Assembly: GCA_964016885.1 (NCBI GenBank)
Contig: OZ024744.1
Location: 92,504,001-92,568,000, forward strand
Origin: Eledone cirrhosa
Taxonomy: Eukaryota
Length of the DNA stretch: 64,000 nt
Reading direction: 5' to 3'
The notes beneath the pieces were generated by a model that was not told where the DNA came from, searched no databases, and saw nothing but the letters and a program-made list of their open reading frames with translations. The position numbers and the translations under genes were made by a program. Each line of letters begins with the position of its first letter. Within the stretch, counting starts at the first letter, position 1. This document shows, one piece after another, positions 1 to 19,844 of the stretch.

Positions 1-47
1 TACATACATATACACACACACATACATGCATATATACCTACATACAT

Positions 48-3000
48 GAGGATTGCCGTCTCTTATTGATTCTTCGTTGTCATGACATCTGTGTCCATGA
101 CTTCGTAGATGACTTTGTAGACCAGCTGTAGATCTACATGGTTTACGACACAGGTAACAGAAGAGAGATGTGCTTTCCAGAGGGCCAGTGGTGTCACCCT
201 GTGAGACTTCATAGCTGACTTTGTAGACCAGCTGTAGATCTACATGGTTTACGACACAGGTAACAGAAGAGAGATGTGCTTTCCAGAGGGCCAGTGGTGT
301 CACCCTGTGAGACTTCATAGCTGACTTTGTAGACCAGCTGTAGATCTACATGGTTTACGACACAGGTAACAGAAGAGAGATGTGCTTTCCAGAGGGCCAG
401 TGGTGTCACCCTGTGAGACTTCATAGCTGACTTTGTAGACCAGCTGTAGATCTACATGGTTTACGACACAGGTAACAGAAGAGAGATGTGCTTTCCAGAG
501 GGCCAGTGGTGTCACCCTGTGAGACTTCATAGCTGACTTTGTAGACCAGCTGTAGATCTACATGGTTTACGACACAGGTAACAGAAGAGAGGTGTGTTTT
601 CCACAGGACTGGTGGTGTCACCCTGTGGGACACAATCTTTATGTACCACCATGTGTCTTTTTAGTCCGGAACTAGTTCTACACACTTTGTAGCATATCAC
701 GTATGTTGTTGCACCACGTCTTTGTTGAGTGGTGTTGCAGGTGGTTATCCTTTCATGTGTCTTCAGGTGATTAACATAACCAGCCTTTGAGAAGAGTACA
801 CACTGACAGAAATTACATGTCCAACTACTGATGACTTCATCAAGACTGTGAGCACAGAGCTGACACTTCAGTTGTTTATGTTCTAGATGACATTCCTAAA
901 AAGTTTTGCAACTGCCCTTTATGTGCTTTCTCCACTCAGCCCTATTTAGAGCTATCTCCTCCCAGTTGTCTATATCAAATAGCTCTTTGAGATTGTTCTT
1001 GATGCTGTCCCTGAACCTCATTTTCGGTTTGTGTTCATGGCTTTTTTCAAGATGGAGCTCACTGTAAAACAGTTACATCGGGATCCTGCTTTCCTTCATG
1101 TGGATGAGATGTCCTGTCCAATGCATTTGAGAAAATGTTATTTGGGACTCAACGCTTTGTTAAGAACATGTATGTCAGGAGTTCTGTCTTGCTATTTGAT
1201 GTTGAATATGCGTGTTAAACATTTCTGCTGAAAACGCTCATGCAATTTGGTGTGTTTGCAGAATAGCGTCCAGGTTTCGGCGGAGTATAAAAGATCAGAC
1301 AGAACACATGATCTATACACACACACCTTGGTATTGTTAGTAATGTTGCGATTTGCCCAAACTCTCTTTTCCAATTTTCCAAAGGCAACAGAGGCCTTCT
1401 AGATACGCAGATGTATTTCAGCAGCCAAGGTATGAGAGTGTGCTACCCAAGTAGATAAATTATCTACTACTCCCAGCCTGGTTCCATCGACCATGATATG
1501 GGGTTCAGTATATGGTTCTCCAGGAGCAGGAGCAGGAGTAAACATTACTTTGGTCTTTTTAAGGCTGATTGTAAGCCCAAATGCTGTACATGAGGATGAG
1601 AAATGGTCCATAATGTGTTGCATATCAGCTTCTGCGTGTGCTAGGAAGTCAGTGTCATCAGCATAAAGAAGGTCTCTGATCAAAGTTTGAAAAGTTTTTG
1701 TCTTGGCATTAAACCTTCTTCAGTTGAAAACCTTTCCAGTGGTTCTGAACCGTAAAAGAATGCCTCTGTTACAATCATGGAAAGCATGTGTGGGTAGGGC
1801 AACAAAGAAGATGGAGAAAAGCATAGGAGCAGAAATAACACCTTGCTTTACCCCGTTGACAATTGAGATTTCCCCAGATAGTTGACCATTGAAGGTAACC
1901 CGAGCTTTCATATTTTTGTGCAGCTGCTTTAGCATACTCACAAACTTGGGTGGACATCCCACTTTTCCAAGTATTATCCAGAGTCATCCCTGTTAACTGT
2001 GTCAAAGGCCTTCTTTAGGTCGACAAAGACTTGATATAGAGGGTCACACTGCTCAATGCATTTTTCTTGTATTTGTCTTATAGAGAAAATCACGTCAACT
2101 GTTCTCCTTCCTCCTCTAAAACCACTCTGTGATTCTGGGATAGCTGTAGGACAGATATCCTTTTCCAATCTGTTAGCAAAAGTCTTGCGAGAACCTTGAC
2201 CAACAGCTTCCAACAAAATGATACCACGGTAGTTGCCACATATCGATTTTTCACCTTTGACTTTGTATAATGATAACAGAATATTGTTGACCCATCTTGC
2301 GAAACAGGAGTCCCATTCCCGCAATCAGTGATAAAGATGTTTATTGGTTCGGTTGCATTATCACTACCGACTTTCAGCAGTTCGACTGGGATACCATCTG
2401 GACCTGGTACCTTGCCAGAGTTAACCTGCTTCACTGCCAGCTTTATTTCATCAGCAGAGGGAAGTCGATCCATACGGTGGACTGTTTCACATTGAGGAAG
2501 GCCCTCTATCTCTCCAAAATCAACTGCTAATGGGTTGTAAAACAGGTCAGTAAAATGTTTCTCCCAACGTTGAAGGATTTTTGATGGCTCTTTGATGATA
2601 ATATTGGCATTGTTTTTAGATCTCAGAGGAGTTACTGAGGATGTTGGTGGGCCGAAGACTTGGCGTACCAATGTGTAAAATGACTTCAAATCTTTGGTGT
2701 TAAAGCCGTTGGATTTCCGAAGAGATATTACTCATTTTGCATCCTGCGCAGTTCGCATTGCAATGTTGCCTTGTGATCTTTGTAGGCTTTGCTTACAGGT
2801 GGCTGTGCTTGTTTTTCAGTAGCTGATTGACATTAGGATTGTTGTCATCGAATCAGTCCTGGTGTTTCTGGGTTCTGAAGCCAAGTACCTCAGCTCCCAC
2901 TGAATAAACTTGACCTCTAAAGTTTTCCCAGGTGCCATTAAAATCAAGACCATCAAATCTCTCAGTTAGGATTGCATACACATCCGCTCGCCTCAGTTTG

Positions 3001-3110
3001 GTGACATCAGTGCGTTTCGGGGCTTTCACTCCACTCATAAAAATTCTTTTGCAGATACTCATCTTGAGGTTTCCTCGCCCTAATTTGTGGTCAGTGCCTC
3101 GTTCTGTACT
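48..3110 (-). mobile_element. Degraded, 5'-truncated RTE-clade LINE (end of APE endonuclease, linker, RT, C-terminal C2H2 fingers, (TGTA)n tail)
   Basis: Frameshifted ORFs carry TDHKL, GKVPGPDGIPVELLK, CGNYRGIILL, PESQSGFRGGR, FVDLKKAFDTV, GVKQG, LLYADD and LYSAETWT. 633-860 encodes CNFCQCVLFSKAGYVNHLKTH and a second decayed finger. Confidence 0.93.
111..633 (-). repeat. 106-bp tandem repeat (about 5 copies) of the last C2H2-finger segment of the RTE
   Basis: GACTTTGTAGACCAGC recurs at 111, 217, 323, 429 and 535. Each unit encodes FCYLCRKPCRSTAGLQS. Confidence 0.95.
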
Positions 3111-3120
3111 ACACAATACA

Positions 3121-4707
3121 TGCACTGTACATATTTACAACAACATTAACTGCACTGTACATATTTACAACAACATTAACTGCACTGTACATATTTACAA
3201 CAACATTAACTGCACTGTACATATTTACAACAACATTAACTGCACTGTACATATTTACAACAACATTAACTGCACTGTACATATTTACAACAACATTAAC
3301 TGCACTGTACATATTTACAACAACATTAACTGCACTGTACATATTTACAACAACATTAACTGCACTGTACATATTTACAACAACATTAACTGCACTGTAC
3401 ATATTTACAACAACATTAACTGCACTGTACATATTTACAACAACATTAACTGCACTGTACATATTTACAACAACATTAACTGCACTGTACATATTTACAA
3501 CAACATTAACTGCACTGTACATATTTACAACAACATTAACTGCACTGTACATATTTACAACAACATTAACTGCACTGTACATATTTACAACAACATTAAC
3601 TGCACTGTACATATTTACAACAACATTAACTGCACTGTACATATTTACAACAACATTAACTGCACTGTACATATTTACAACAACATTAACTGCACTGTAC
3701 ATATTTACAACAACATTAACTGCACTGTACATATTTACAACAACATTAACTGCACTGTACATATTTACAACAACATTAACTGCACTGTACATATTTACAA
3801 CAACATTAACTGCACTGTACATATTTACAACAACATTAACTGCACTGTACATATTTACAACAACATTAACTGCACTGTACATATTTACAACAACATTAAC
3901 TGCACTGTACATATTTACAACAACATTAACTGCACTGTACATATTTACAACAACATTAACTGCACTGTACATATTTACAACAACATTAACTGCACTGTAC
4001 ATATTTACAACAACATTAACTGCACTGTACATATTTACAACAACATTAACTGCACTGTACATATTTACAACAACATTAACTGCACTGTACATATTTACAA
4101 CAACATTAACTGCACTGTACATATTTACAACAACATTAACTGCACTGTACATATTTACAACAACATTAACTGCACTGTACATATTTACAACAACATTAAC
4201 TGCACTGTACATATTTACAACAACATTAACTGCACTGTACATATTTACAACAACATTAACTGCACTGTACATATTTACAACAACATTAACTGCACTGTAC
4301 ATATTTACAACAACATTAACTGCACTGTACATATTTACAACAACATTAACTGCACTGTACATATTTACAACAACATTAACTGCACTGTACATATTTACAA
4401 CAACATTAACTGCACTGTACATATTTACAACAACATTAACTGCACTGTACATATTTACAACAACATTAACTGCACTGTACATATTTACAACAACATTAAC
4501 TGCACTGTACATATTTACAACAACATTAACTGCACTGTACATATTTACAACAACATTAACTGCACTGTACATATTTACAACAACATTAACTGCACTGTAC
4601 ATATTTACAACAACATTAACTGCACTGTACATATTTACAACAACATTAACTGCACTGTACATATTTACAACAACATTAACTGCACTGTACATATTTACAA
4701 CAACATT
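3121..4707. repeat. Perfect 30-bp minisatellite (TGCACTGTACATATTTACAACAACATTAAC), about 53 copies
   Basis: Directly visible, with no variant units seen. Confidence 0.98.
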
Positions 4708-5358
4708 ACCACCACTCAGTCAGATCGATCAATGAACTCCAACATCAAAACGAACACCAGTACCAATATCTACAACAACAACAGCAGCATCAAAACGATA
4801 AAAAGCCAAACAACATCAACTGCCACCACCACCACCACCAACAACAACAATAACAACAACATCAACTGCCACCACCACCACCACCACCATTCAGTCAAAA
4901 CGATCAAAGCTTATGAAAACAACAACAAAACGATAATTCATACATGCATACATATATATATATATACATACATATATACATACATATATATATATATATA
5001 TACATACATATATACATACATATATATATATATACATACATATACATATACATATATATATACATACATATATACATACATACATATATACATACATATA
5101 TACATACGTACATATATACATACATACATATATACATACATATATACATACATATATACATACATACATATATACATACATACATATATACATATGTACA
5201 TATATACATACATATATACGTATGTACATATATACATACATACATATATACGTATGTACATATATACATACATATATACATACATATATACATACATATA
5301 TACATATGTACATATATACATACATATATACGTATGTACATATATACATACATATATA

Positions 5359-5553
5359 CATGATGGCTGCCCCCTCGTTATCGAGTATGGCCATTGCACG
5401 AGGAGAAAAAATAAATAAATAAATAAAAAAGAAAATAATACATATATACATACATACATATATATACATACATATATACATATGTACATACATACATACA
5501 TATATACATACATGATGGCTACCCCCTCGTTATCGAGTATGGCCATTGCACGA
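5359..5553 (-). mobile_element. Two 43-bp RTE 3'-terminal fragments (5359-5401, 5511-5553), each with a (TATG)n-like tail
   Basis: CATGATGGCTRCCCCCTCGTTATCGAGTATGGCCATTGCACGA occurs twice, contains a CTCG-N4-CGAG stem-loop, and resembles the RTE end at 10623. Confidence 0.75.
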
Positions 5554-5583
5554 GAAGAAAAAAAAAAAAAATAAAATAAATAA

Positions 5584-5640
<57 letters not shown>

Positions 5641-5865
5641 AATTTAAAAAAAAAGAAATATATATATATATACATACATACATATATACATACACACATA
5701 CATACACATACACACACATATACACACACACATACATTAATAACAATAATAATAATAATAATAATAATAACAATAATAATAATAACGACAACAACAATAA
5801 TAATATACATATACATATATATATACGCACACACGCACGCACATAAGCATATCTACACACACACA

Positions 5866-6868
5866 CACGATAGCAACTAACAGTGCTGCGATCGAATGTG
5901 GCTTTTTAGCCCAGCCAATGATCTAAAATGTCTTGCACAGAGTCGGCAACCAAAACATTCACTGGGAATAGTCGGCTGTGGTTGGAGGTCGTGTACTTTT
6001 GCATGTCGCTTGAGCCCTCCTGCTGATTTACATTCTCTACCACATGTTTGGCAAGCATGATGAGTAGCATCTCCAACAGCAGCCTGGTAGTCAACCACTG
6101 GTCTTACTTTATGACTGCGAAGATGACTTTCGAGTCCAGCTTTGCTTAGGCAGAGTCTCGCACAGACGCTGCATGTCAGCACCATAGGAGGACCCTCGCC
6201 GTCTGGATGTGCAACAGCAATGCCCTTCCTCACATCCCATTTACTTTCTCGTGTGCGATTCGAGATGCCTCAAAGGCAACTTTTCCCTCATATACAGTCT
6301 TTCTCCATTTATTACGATCAACAGCAATATTTTCCCATGTATCAGCAGAGATGTTAGCGTCTTTCAGAGAGGCTTTCAAGGAATCCTTATACTTCTTTTT
6401 TGGTTTATGTGGCGGTTGTTTTCCTTTAACCAACTCTCCATAAAAAAGTTGTTTTGGTATTCTAGAATCCTTCATCCTGGCAAGGTGACCACTCCAACGG
6501 AGTCGTTGCTTAAGCATAAGAGCTTCTATACTGTCACACATAGAGCTTTCCAAAATCTCGACATCACTGATGTGGTCCCTCCAGTGGACGCCATGGATCC
6601 GTCTGAGACACATCTGATGGAAACGCTCCAATTACTTAAGGTGGTGTCGATATGTGACCCAGGTCTCGCAGGCATAAAGAAGACAAGAGAGTACACATGC
6701 CCTGTACACCTTTACCTTTGTCCTCCTGCATATGTCTCGCCGACCCCAGAGTCGCCTTTCTAGCTTTCCGAAAGCATCACTTGCTTTCCTAATCCTAAGT
6801 GAGATTTCACTGTCAAGGTTGCCGTATCGATTGACAGTGCTTCCCAGGTAGACAAACTGATCACTCAA
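5866..6868 (-). mobile_element. RTE-clade LINE 3' fragment (RT thumb region plus three C2H2 fingers)
   Basis: [41 protein letters not shown]; fingers CSVC..HLRSH, CQTC..HAKVH and CRLC..HIRSQH. Confidence 0.93.
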
Positions 6869-7032
6869 TCAAACGACCAGATTTCAACCCCAACATCTAC
6901 AACAACAACACCGGCACTAATGTTTACAGCAACAACAGCTTCAGAATGAACTAAAATGAACATTTACAACAACAACAACAGCGGCATCAAAAGATAAAAA
7001 AAGGAAGGGAACCCCCCCCCCCTCAAAATAAC

Positions 7033-7078
<46 letters not shown>

Positions 7079-7169
7079 ACACAACACAACAACAACATCA
7101 ACTGCCACCACCACCGCCACCGCCGCCGCCATCACCATCACCAACGACCGGGCCTTAAGAAAACAACTT

Positions 7170-7325
7170 TAATAATAATTTTTCTGCTTTTGGCACGGAT
7201 CCAGCGACTGGCCAGCGCATCACTGGTACTCTCTTTTGTTGACTCCGTGGGGATGAAGGGCAAGGTTGACCTCGGCGGGATTTGAGCTCAGAGCGTGGAG
7301 AGCCGTAACTCTATGCTGTAAAGCA
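7170..7325 (-). mobile_element. tRNA-derived SINE, family 1 (Meta-like core), diverged
   Basis: Reverse complement reads GAGCTCAAATCCCGCCGAGGTCAACCTTGCCCTTCATCC...AGTACCAG, the same family as the copies at 39-58 kb. Confidence 0.8.
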
Positions 7326-7428
7326 ATTATAATAATACTGGACTGTAATACGATCGGCTTCAACTATACAAACTCTTGAAAGTCAACAGTTGATATAATC
7401 TTGTAATCTTGTATCAGTAATGACGGTA

Positions 7429-7460
<32 letters not shown>

Positions 7461-7586
7461 AAGTGAGTAGCGTGTCTGTGTTTGTTTGTATGTATGAGTG
7501 TTGCTGTGTGCGCGCATATGTATGCGTGTGTGTGTATGTCGTACGTATAAGTGTCAATAAGTGAGTTTTTTTTTTGTTTTTTTTTT

Positions 7587-7893
7587 GCGCGGGGACATAG
7601 AAATAATCGGGCTGGATGCCCGATCGCGCAGTTAAACCACTGGGAGTGAAGAACCCCTAGCCCTTGTCAGGGCATTCTTCTAGGAGAAGGCATCTCAGGA
7701 AACTGGGTTAACTCCGATATAAAACCTGCGGCTCAGTAGTTACCGATGATGTTGATCTTTTCTTCTTTTCGGGTTATAGCTACTGTCGCTCAGAGAGTGG
7801 GATTGGCTCAGTGCACAGTCTTTCCTCACTTTAAAAATATTCGTCACGCACATGAATTGCACGAGTGCATTAATAATTATTAATAGTGTACTA

Positions 7894-7924
<31 letters not shown>

Positions 7925-7929
7925 TATTA

Positions 7930-7965
<36 letters not shown>

Positions 7966-9992
7966 CCAATTCAATGATGTTCCAGAACAATGTAAAAGAG
8001 ATAATTGGCAATTTAGGTTCTGGAACAAAAAAGATCATTGGCAATAAGGGCAGGGGCCCCAAGTTATCACAGCCTGAGCCCGCTCGTCATCGTGCCATTG
8101 TAATAGAGCCAAACAAGGCATTTAGTCTTGGCTGCTGGAACGTACGGACGCTGCTTGACAGGGATTCCTTGGAGCGTCCTGAACGAAGGACCGCTCTTGT
8201 TGCAAAGGAGCTTCGACGTTACGATCTTGACATCGTGGCTTTATCTGAGACGAGGTTAGCTGGAGATGGTCATCTTACGGAATTTTGTGGAGAATATACA
8301 TTCTTCTGGAAAGGAAGAATGAAGGAACCAGAAGAGAGGCTGGGGTAGGATTTGCTGTTAAGACAGTACTTGTGAATAAATTAGAAGAATTCCCAGTAGG
8401 GATTAGTGAGCGTCTTATGTCCATGAGAGTTCCGCTGGACAAAGGAAGATATGCTACCCTGGTGAGTGTGTATGCTTCAACTATGAATTCTGTCGATGAA
8501 GAAAAACTGTCCTTTTACCATGCCTTGAAAGGTGTTCTAAGAAATATCCCTCAGGCAGACAAAGTCATCGTGCTTGGTGACTTTAATGCTAGAGTGGGTA
8601 GGGATTTTAACACATGGAATGTAATCGGAAGGCATGGGGTGGGAAAGTGTAACAGCAATGGTATGCTCCTGCTGCAGATGTGTGAGGAGCTGGATCTGTG
8701 TGTTACCAACACCATGTTCCAACAAAAGAACAAATTCAAGACCACATGAATGCATCCTGCATCTAAGGAATGGCATCTTTTGGACTACGTCCTAGTCAGG
8801 ATGCGTGACAGACAGGATGTGCAGTGTGTTCGTGTTCTTCGTGGAGCTGAGTGCTGGACGGACCACCGCCTGGTACGCGCAAAAGTGAAACTAATCACCA
8901 AACGTAAAATCCGGGCTCCTGGTGTTGCCCTGCCCAAAAGATTGAATGCTGCTCGTCTTAAGGATAAAAATGTGAAGAGGACATTGGAAGAAGAGATGCA
9001 GGCTGCATATCTTGGTGAGGATTGGCTGACCCTTAAAAAGTCGGTTTATGATGTATGTAGGCAGGCGTGTTCTGGGATTGGTGCAGAGAAAACATCAGGA
9101 CTGGTTTAATGAGAATGATGTACATATAGAAGACTTGTTGGCTGATAAGAGGCGTGCTCTGTCACGCTACTTGATGGCAAAACCACAGGAGAATATGTTG
9201 CATAAGGAACTTAAGGATGTGAAATCACGTGTTAGGCGGAGTCTTTCTCAGATGAAGGATCAGTGGTGGAGTGAGAAGGCTGGTAAGATACAAACTGCGT
9301 CAGATTCCAATAACACAAAGCTGTTGTACAGTCTCTTGCGTGAGGTTTATGGACCGTCTTCTTCTCTGGTGAGACCGCTTCGCAGCAAGGATGGCAAAGA
9401 ACTTCTTCGTGACTCACAGGGAATTCTACGAAGGTGGCGAGAGCACTTTGATGATCTTTTGAATCAGCCGTCTGTCGTCAGTGAAGATTTCCTCAATCTC
9501 ATTCCAGAAAGTCCTGTGAAAGTAGCTCTCGCAGAACCTCCGACGCTTGTGGAGGTTGCAGTGGCTATCTCGAAGCTGAACAGTGGAAGATCCCCAGGTA
9601 TGGATGGCATACATGCTGAGCTCCTACAATATGGTGGTGAGAGACTCCTGCAACATCTTCACTCTTTGTTTGGAAGGATATGGGCTAATGAATCCGTACC
9701 TGAGGACTGGAGAGATGCAGTAATAGTGGTCTTGTACAAGGGAAAGGGTAACAGGAATGATTGTGGGAACTACAGAGGTATATCATTGCTTTCTGCCGTA
9801 GGGAAAGTTTTATGTAGGGTGCTTCTGGACCGTCTGCTGACACACATTGCAGATTGTGTTCTTCCTGAAAGTCAATCTGGTTTTCGTGCTGGACGCGGCA
9901 CTACTGATATGATCTTCTCAGCTAGACAGCTCCAGGAGAAGTGCATTGAACAAGGCTTGGATCTGTATCAGGTTTTTGTCGATTTTGTCGAC
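7587..9992 (+). mobile_element. RTE-clade LINE 5' part (5' UTR, APE endonuclease, linker, start of RT), 3'-truncated
   Basis: LGCWNVRTLLD, IVALSETR, VLGDFNARVG, WHLLDYVLV, WTDHRLV, SPGMDGIHAELL, CGNYRGISLLS, PESQSGFRAGRGTTDMIF. Homology stops at FVD. Confidence 0.95.
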
Positions 9993-10622
9993 TGAGTGAT
10001 GATGAGGGAGCTTATAGATAGGACAACACACGCTGTCTTTTCGTGGGGTAAGTTTTTAATTATTTTTTGTATTCTGAAACATCAAAATACAACAATTTTT
10101 TGGTCACTGGACTCGGGAATGTCACGACAGAAGTTTGTGGAAGTTACACAAATATTTCAGTATATTTTAGCAGAGCAATCCTTATTTATATTTTATATTT
10201 TACATTTACTTACATCTCAATATAACATGGCTAAAATTCAAATTTTGCAAAGAGAAAAAAACGGTCAAATGAACTAGATACATCTCACTGTCCCCACCAC
10301 CACAATAACGTCTACACTCTCTCCCCACCATCACATGTCATTACCCTATCTAGACTAAAGTCATCGACCTGTTGTCAAACTCTCTACTCTCTGTTGAATG
10401 TGTTTATATATATATATATATGTGTGTGTATGTATATGTGTGTATATACATACATACATATATACATATATACATATATACATACATATATATATACATA
10501 CATATATATACATATGTACATATATACATACATATATACATATGTACATACATATATACATATGTACATATATACATACATATATACATATGTACATACA
10601 TATATACATATGTACATATATA

Positions 10623-10965
10623 CATGGTGGCTGCCAACTCGTTTTCGAGTACGGCCACTACTTTATATCCATGTAGGAGAACCCCTACCGATGCGCTGAA
10701 CGAGTGTGACTTTTTAGTCCAGCCAGCGACTTGTAAACTCTGGTACAAACACTACACTTGTGACAATTATTGACACATAGTGCTGGGCCCATGGTACCAT
10801 GTGACGACAAGTGCAGAGAGATCTCCAAATATAAAGCAATGCCTGTGCTGTGAAGCTTTTATAGTGAGCAAAGGCACTGCACAGAGCCAGTCCCACTCTC
10901 TTAACCAAGATGATATTTACCAAAAAGAAGAACAAGACAGCATCATTGGATACCATCATTGGATA
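10623..10965 (-). mobile_element. RTE 3' terminal fragment with a decayed C2H2 finger
   Basis: Reverse complement encodes [17 protein letters not shown] and ends in GGCCGTACTCGAAAACGAG..GCAGCCACCATG followed by a (TATATG) tail. Confidence 0.7.
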
Positions 10966-10969
10966 CCAT

Positions 10970-17410
<6,441 letters not shown>

Positions 17411-17418
17411 TACACACA

Positions 17419-17577
17419 CAAGAACACAACTAATTAGGAAATTACAAGTACAACCATTAATGGAACAGTAAAAATATGTTGATGTGTAAATTCCAATGAG
17501 AGTCTTGTGTCTATGTTAGAAACCAACTCTCTCTCTCTATTGGTAAAAATTTGTGAAATTATAAAACCAGAAGAACA
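17419..17577 (+). mobile_element. Internally deleted 3'-end copy of the R4/Dong-like element
   Basis: Matches 18619-18678 joined to 18835-18940 and ends AAACCAGAAGAACA. Confidence 0.85.
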
Positions 17578-17605
17578 TACCTACATACATATACACATAC
17601 ATACA

Positions 17606-18936
17606 ACACCGGAAACTTCCACATCAACAGTGACATAGACCACCTTTACTTGAAACGTAAGCAGGGAGGCAGTGGCCTAACATCAGTCCAGACAACATTT
17701 GAATGTGGCATCATATCCCTCCGACAATATCTACGAACCTTGAAGCGTAGGAGCCCGTCTTTCGAGCAAGTCTATCTGCATGAAACAGATAAGATCATGA
17801 GAGTTGGGAAGGAACTCCTCGAGAGATATTCCCTGTGTGATAATCAAAAACTCACACCCAGGGAAATCGCTCAGCAGTATCGCAGTGAATCCATGGATGA
17901 AAAACTGCATGCTTATCAGCAAAAAATCATGCATGTATATGTTGCCAGGAAGCTCCAGAGTGAGAGTAATATAGATAAGGAAAGTAGTCTATCTTGGACC
18001 AACAACCGCTATATTGGCTCCCACTTTGAAGGATACGCTTTTGCAATCCAGGAACAGGAGATTAACACGAAATACCTGAAAAGAGATATGGATGCAGGCA
18101 AAACACCTAGATGTGATAACAAGTGCAGACTCTGCAGAACTAACATCGAGGATATCACCCATGTCATCAGCAGCTGTCCAAAGATGTCATCGCGGTACTA
18201 TCTACCTATCAGGCATGATGTAGTGGCCAAAACACAGTTAATAAAAAAGATAGCCCCGATAATAAACACATTAAAAGTTACAGCAAAGTGGAAGACATCC
18301 ATGTACATTATATGAAAGAGTACTGGTGGAATGTTCCAGTAAAAACCCAATAAAATGCAGGCATAACAGACCAGATATTATTATATGGGACAGGGAAAAG
18401 AAGCCATGCACAGTAGTGGAAGTTAGTTGCCCTGCAGATGCCAATATAATATCAAAGATTAGCGAAAAGGAGAATATTTATGCAGAACTGATGAGAAATC
18501 TGCAGATACTCCACCCTGATTACACCTTCAGATTTATGTCTGTGATTATTGGGGCACTGGGGTATGTTAGTAACTGCCTCAATACAAATCTTGAGAAGCT
18601 GGGCTTCACAGGAACAGAAAGAACACAACTAGTTAGGAAATTACAAGTACAATCCATTAATGGAACAGTAAAAATATATAAAACATTCCAAAAATTTTGC
18701 ATCTAATAACTGCATATACACATGTACAGATACAAAGCATATACACATGCACACATACAACTCAAAACATACACATCCACACATACAATAACATCCATAT
18801 CTACACATGCATGCATACATTCATAATCTACCTAGTTGATGTTGTGTAAATTCCAATGAGACAGTCTTGTGTCTATGTTAGAAACCGACTCTCTCTCTCT
18901 ATTGGGAAACAATTTGTGAAATTATAAAACCAGAAG

Positions 18937-18940
<4 letters not shown>
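17606..18940 (+). mobile_element. 5'-truncated RLE-type non-LTR retrotransposon, R4/Dong-like (CCHC knuckle plus PD-(D/E)xK endonuclease)
   Basis: FAIQEQEINTK, CRLC..EDITHVISSC, RHDVVAK, HNRPDIIIWD..VEVSCP, IIGALG. Flanked by (CATA)n/(CA)n. Confidence 0.88.
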
Positions 18941-18996
<56 letters not shown>

Positions 18997-19844
18997 TACA
19001 TACACATACACAAAGACACACACACATACACAGACACATACATAATACATACTTATGAGTATGTAGAGTAGTCAGTGTTTTAGTAGTAAATTATTCTGGT
19101 CGTTGACTTAGTTTTTTTATTTTTTACTGATCTTATTTGCTAAGCTAATGTGATAAGATTGTTTTGTAAACTTAACCTCTAGTATTCTGGACCATATGTT
19201 AAAGACTTACATTTAACTAGAATTAAAACTGCGTGTTAACCATGTAATAACCATCTGTCAACCATATCATGTACACACACGTTTTTATATGTTGTTTTGC
19301 CATGTATAAAACAACAACAACAAAAAAATACACGCATACACACATACACACATACTTATAAAACCAGAAGAACAGTCATACATACATACACACATACACA
19401 TACACGCATACATTCATACACACATGCACACACATACACTCCATACACACACACACATACATACATACATACATACACACATAAGCACACATACACTCAT
19501 ACACACATACACACACATATACACACATACACACACACATACACACAAGCACATACGCCCACACATACACACATACACATACACATACACATACATACAC
19601 TCATACACACATACATACATACATACAGACATGTAAACATATATACACATATAAATATACAAAAAAAAATAACCAAATAAAAATAAAAATAAAATAAAAT
19701 AAGAAATGAAGGGTTTGAGTAGATAAGGTTTTGTGAAATACAGTTGCGAGCTTATTGCCAATGTTGGGGGGGGGGGAGAAAAAAGCCCAACAACAGAGAC
19801 GACAGACAAGATAATTGAATGGAACCAGAGTTGAGTTCTTTCCA

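Noticed and set aside
2932-5418. 828-aa and 527-aa ORFs
   Set aside because: They are translations of a 30-bp satellite and microsatellites.
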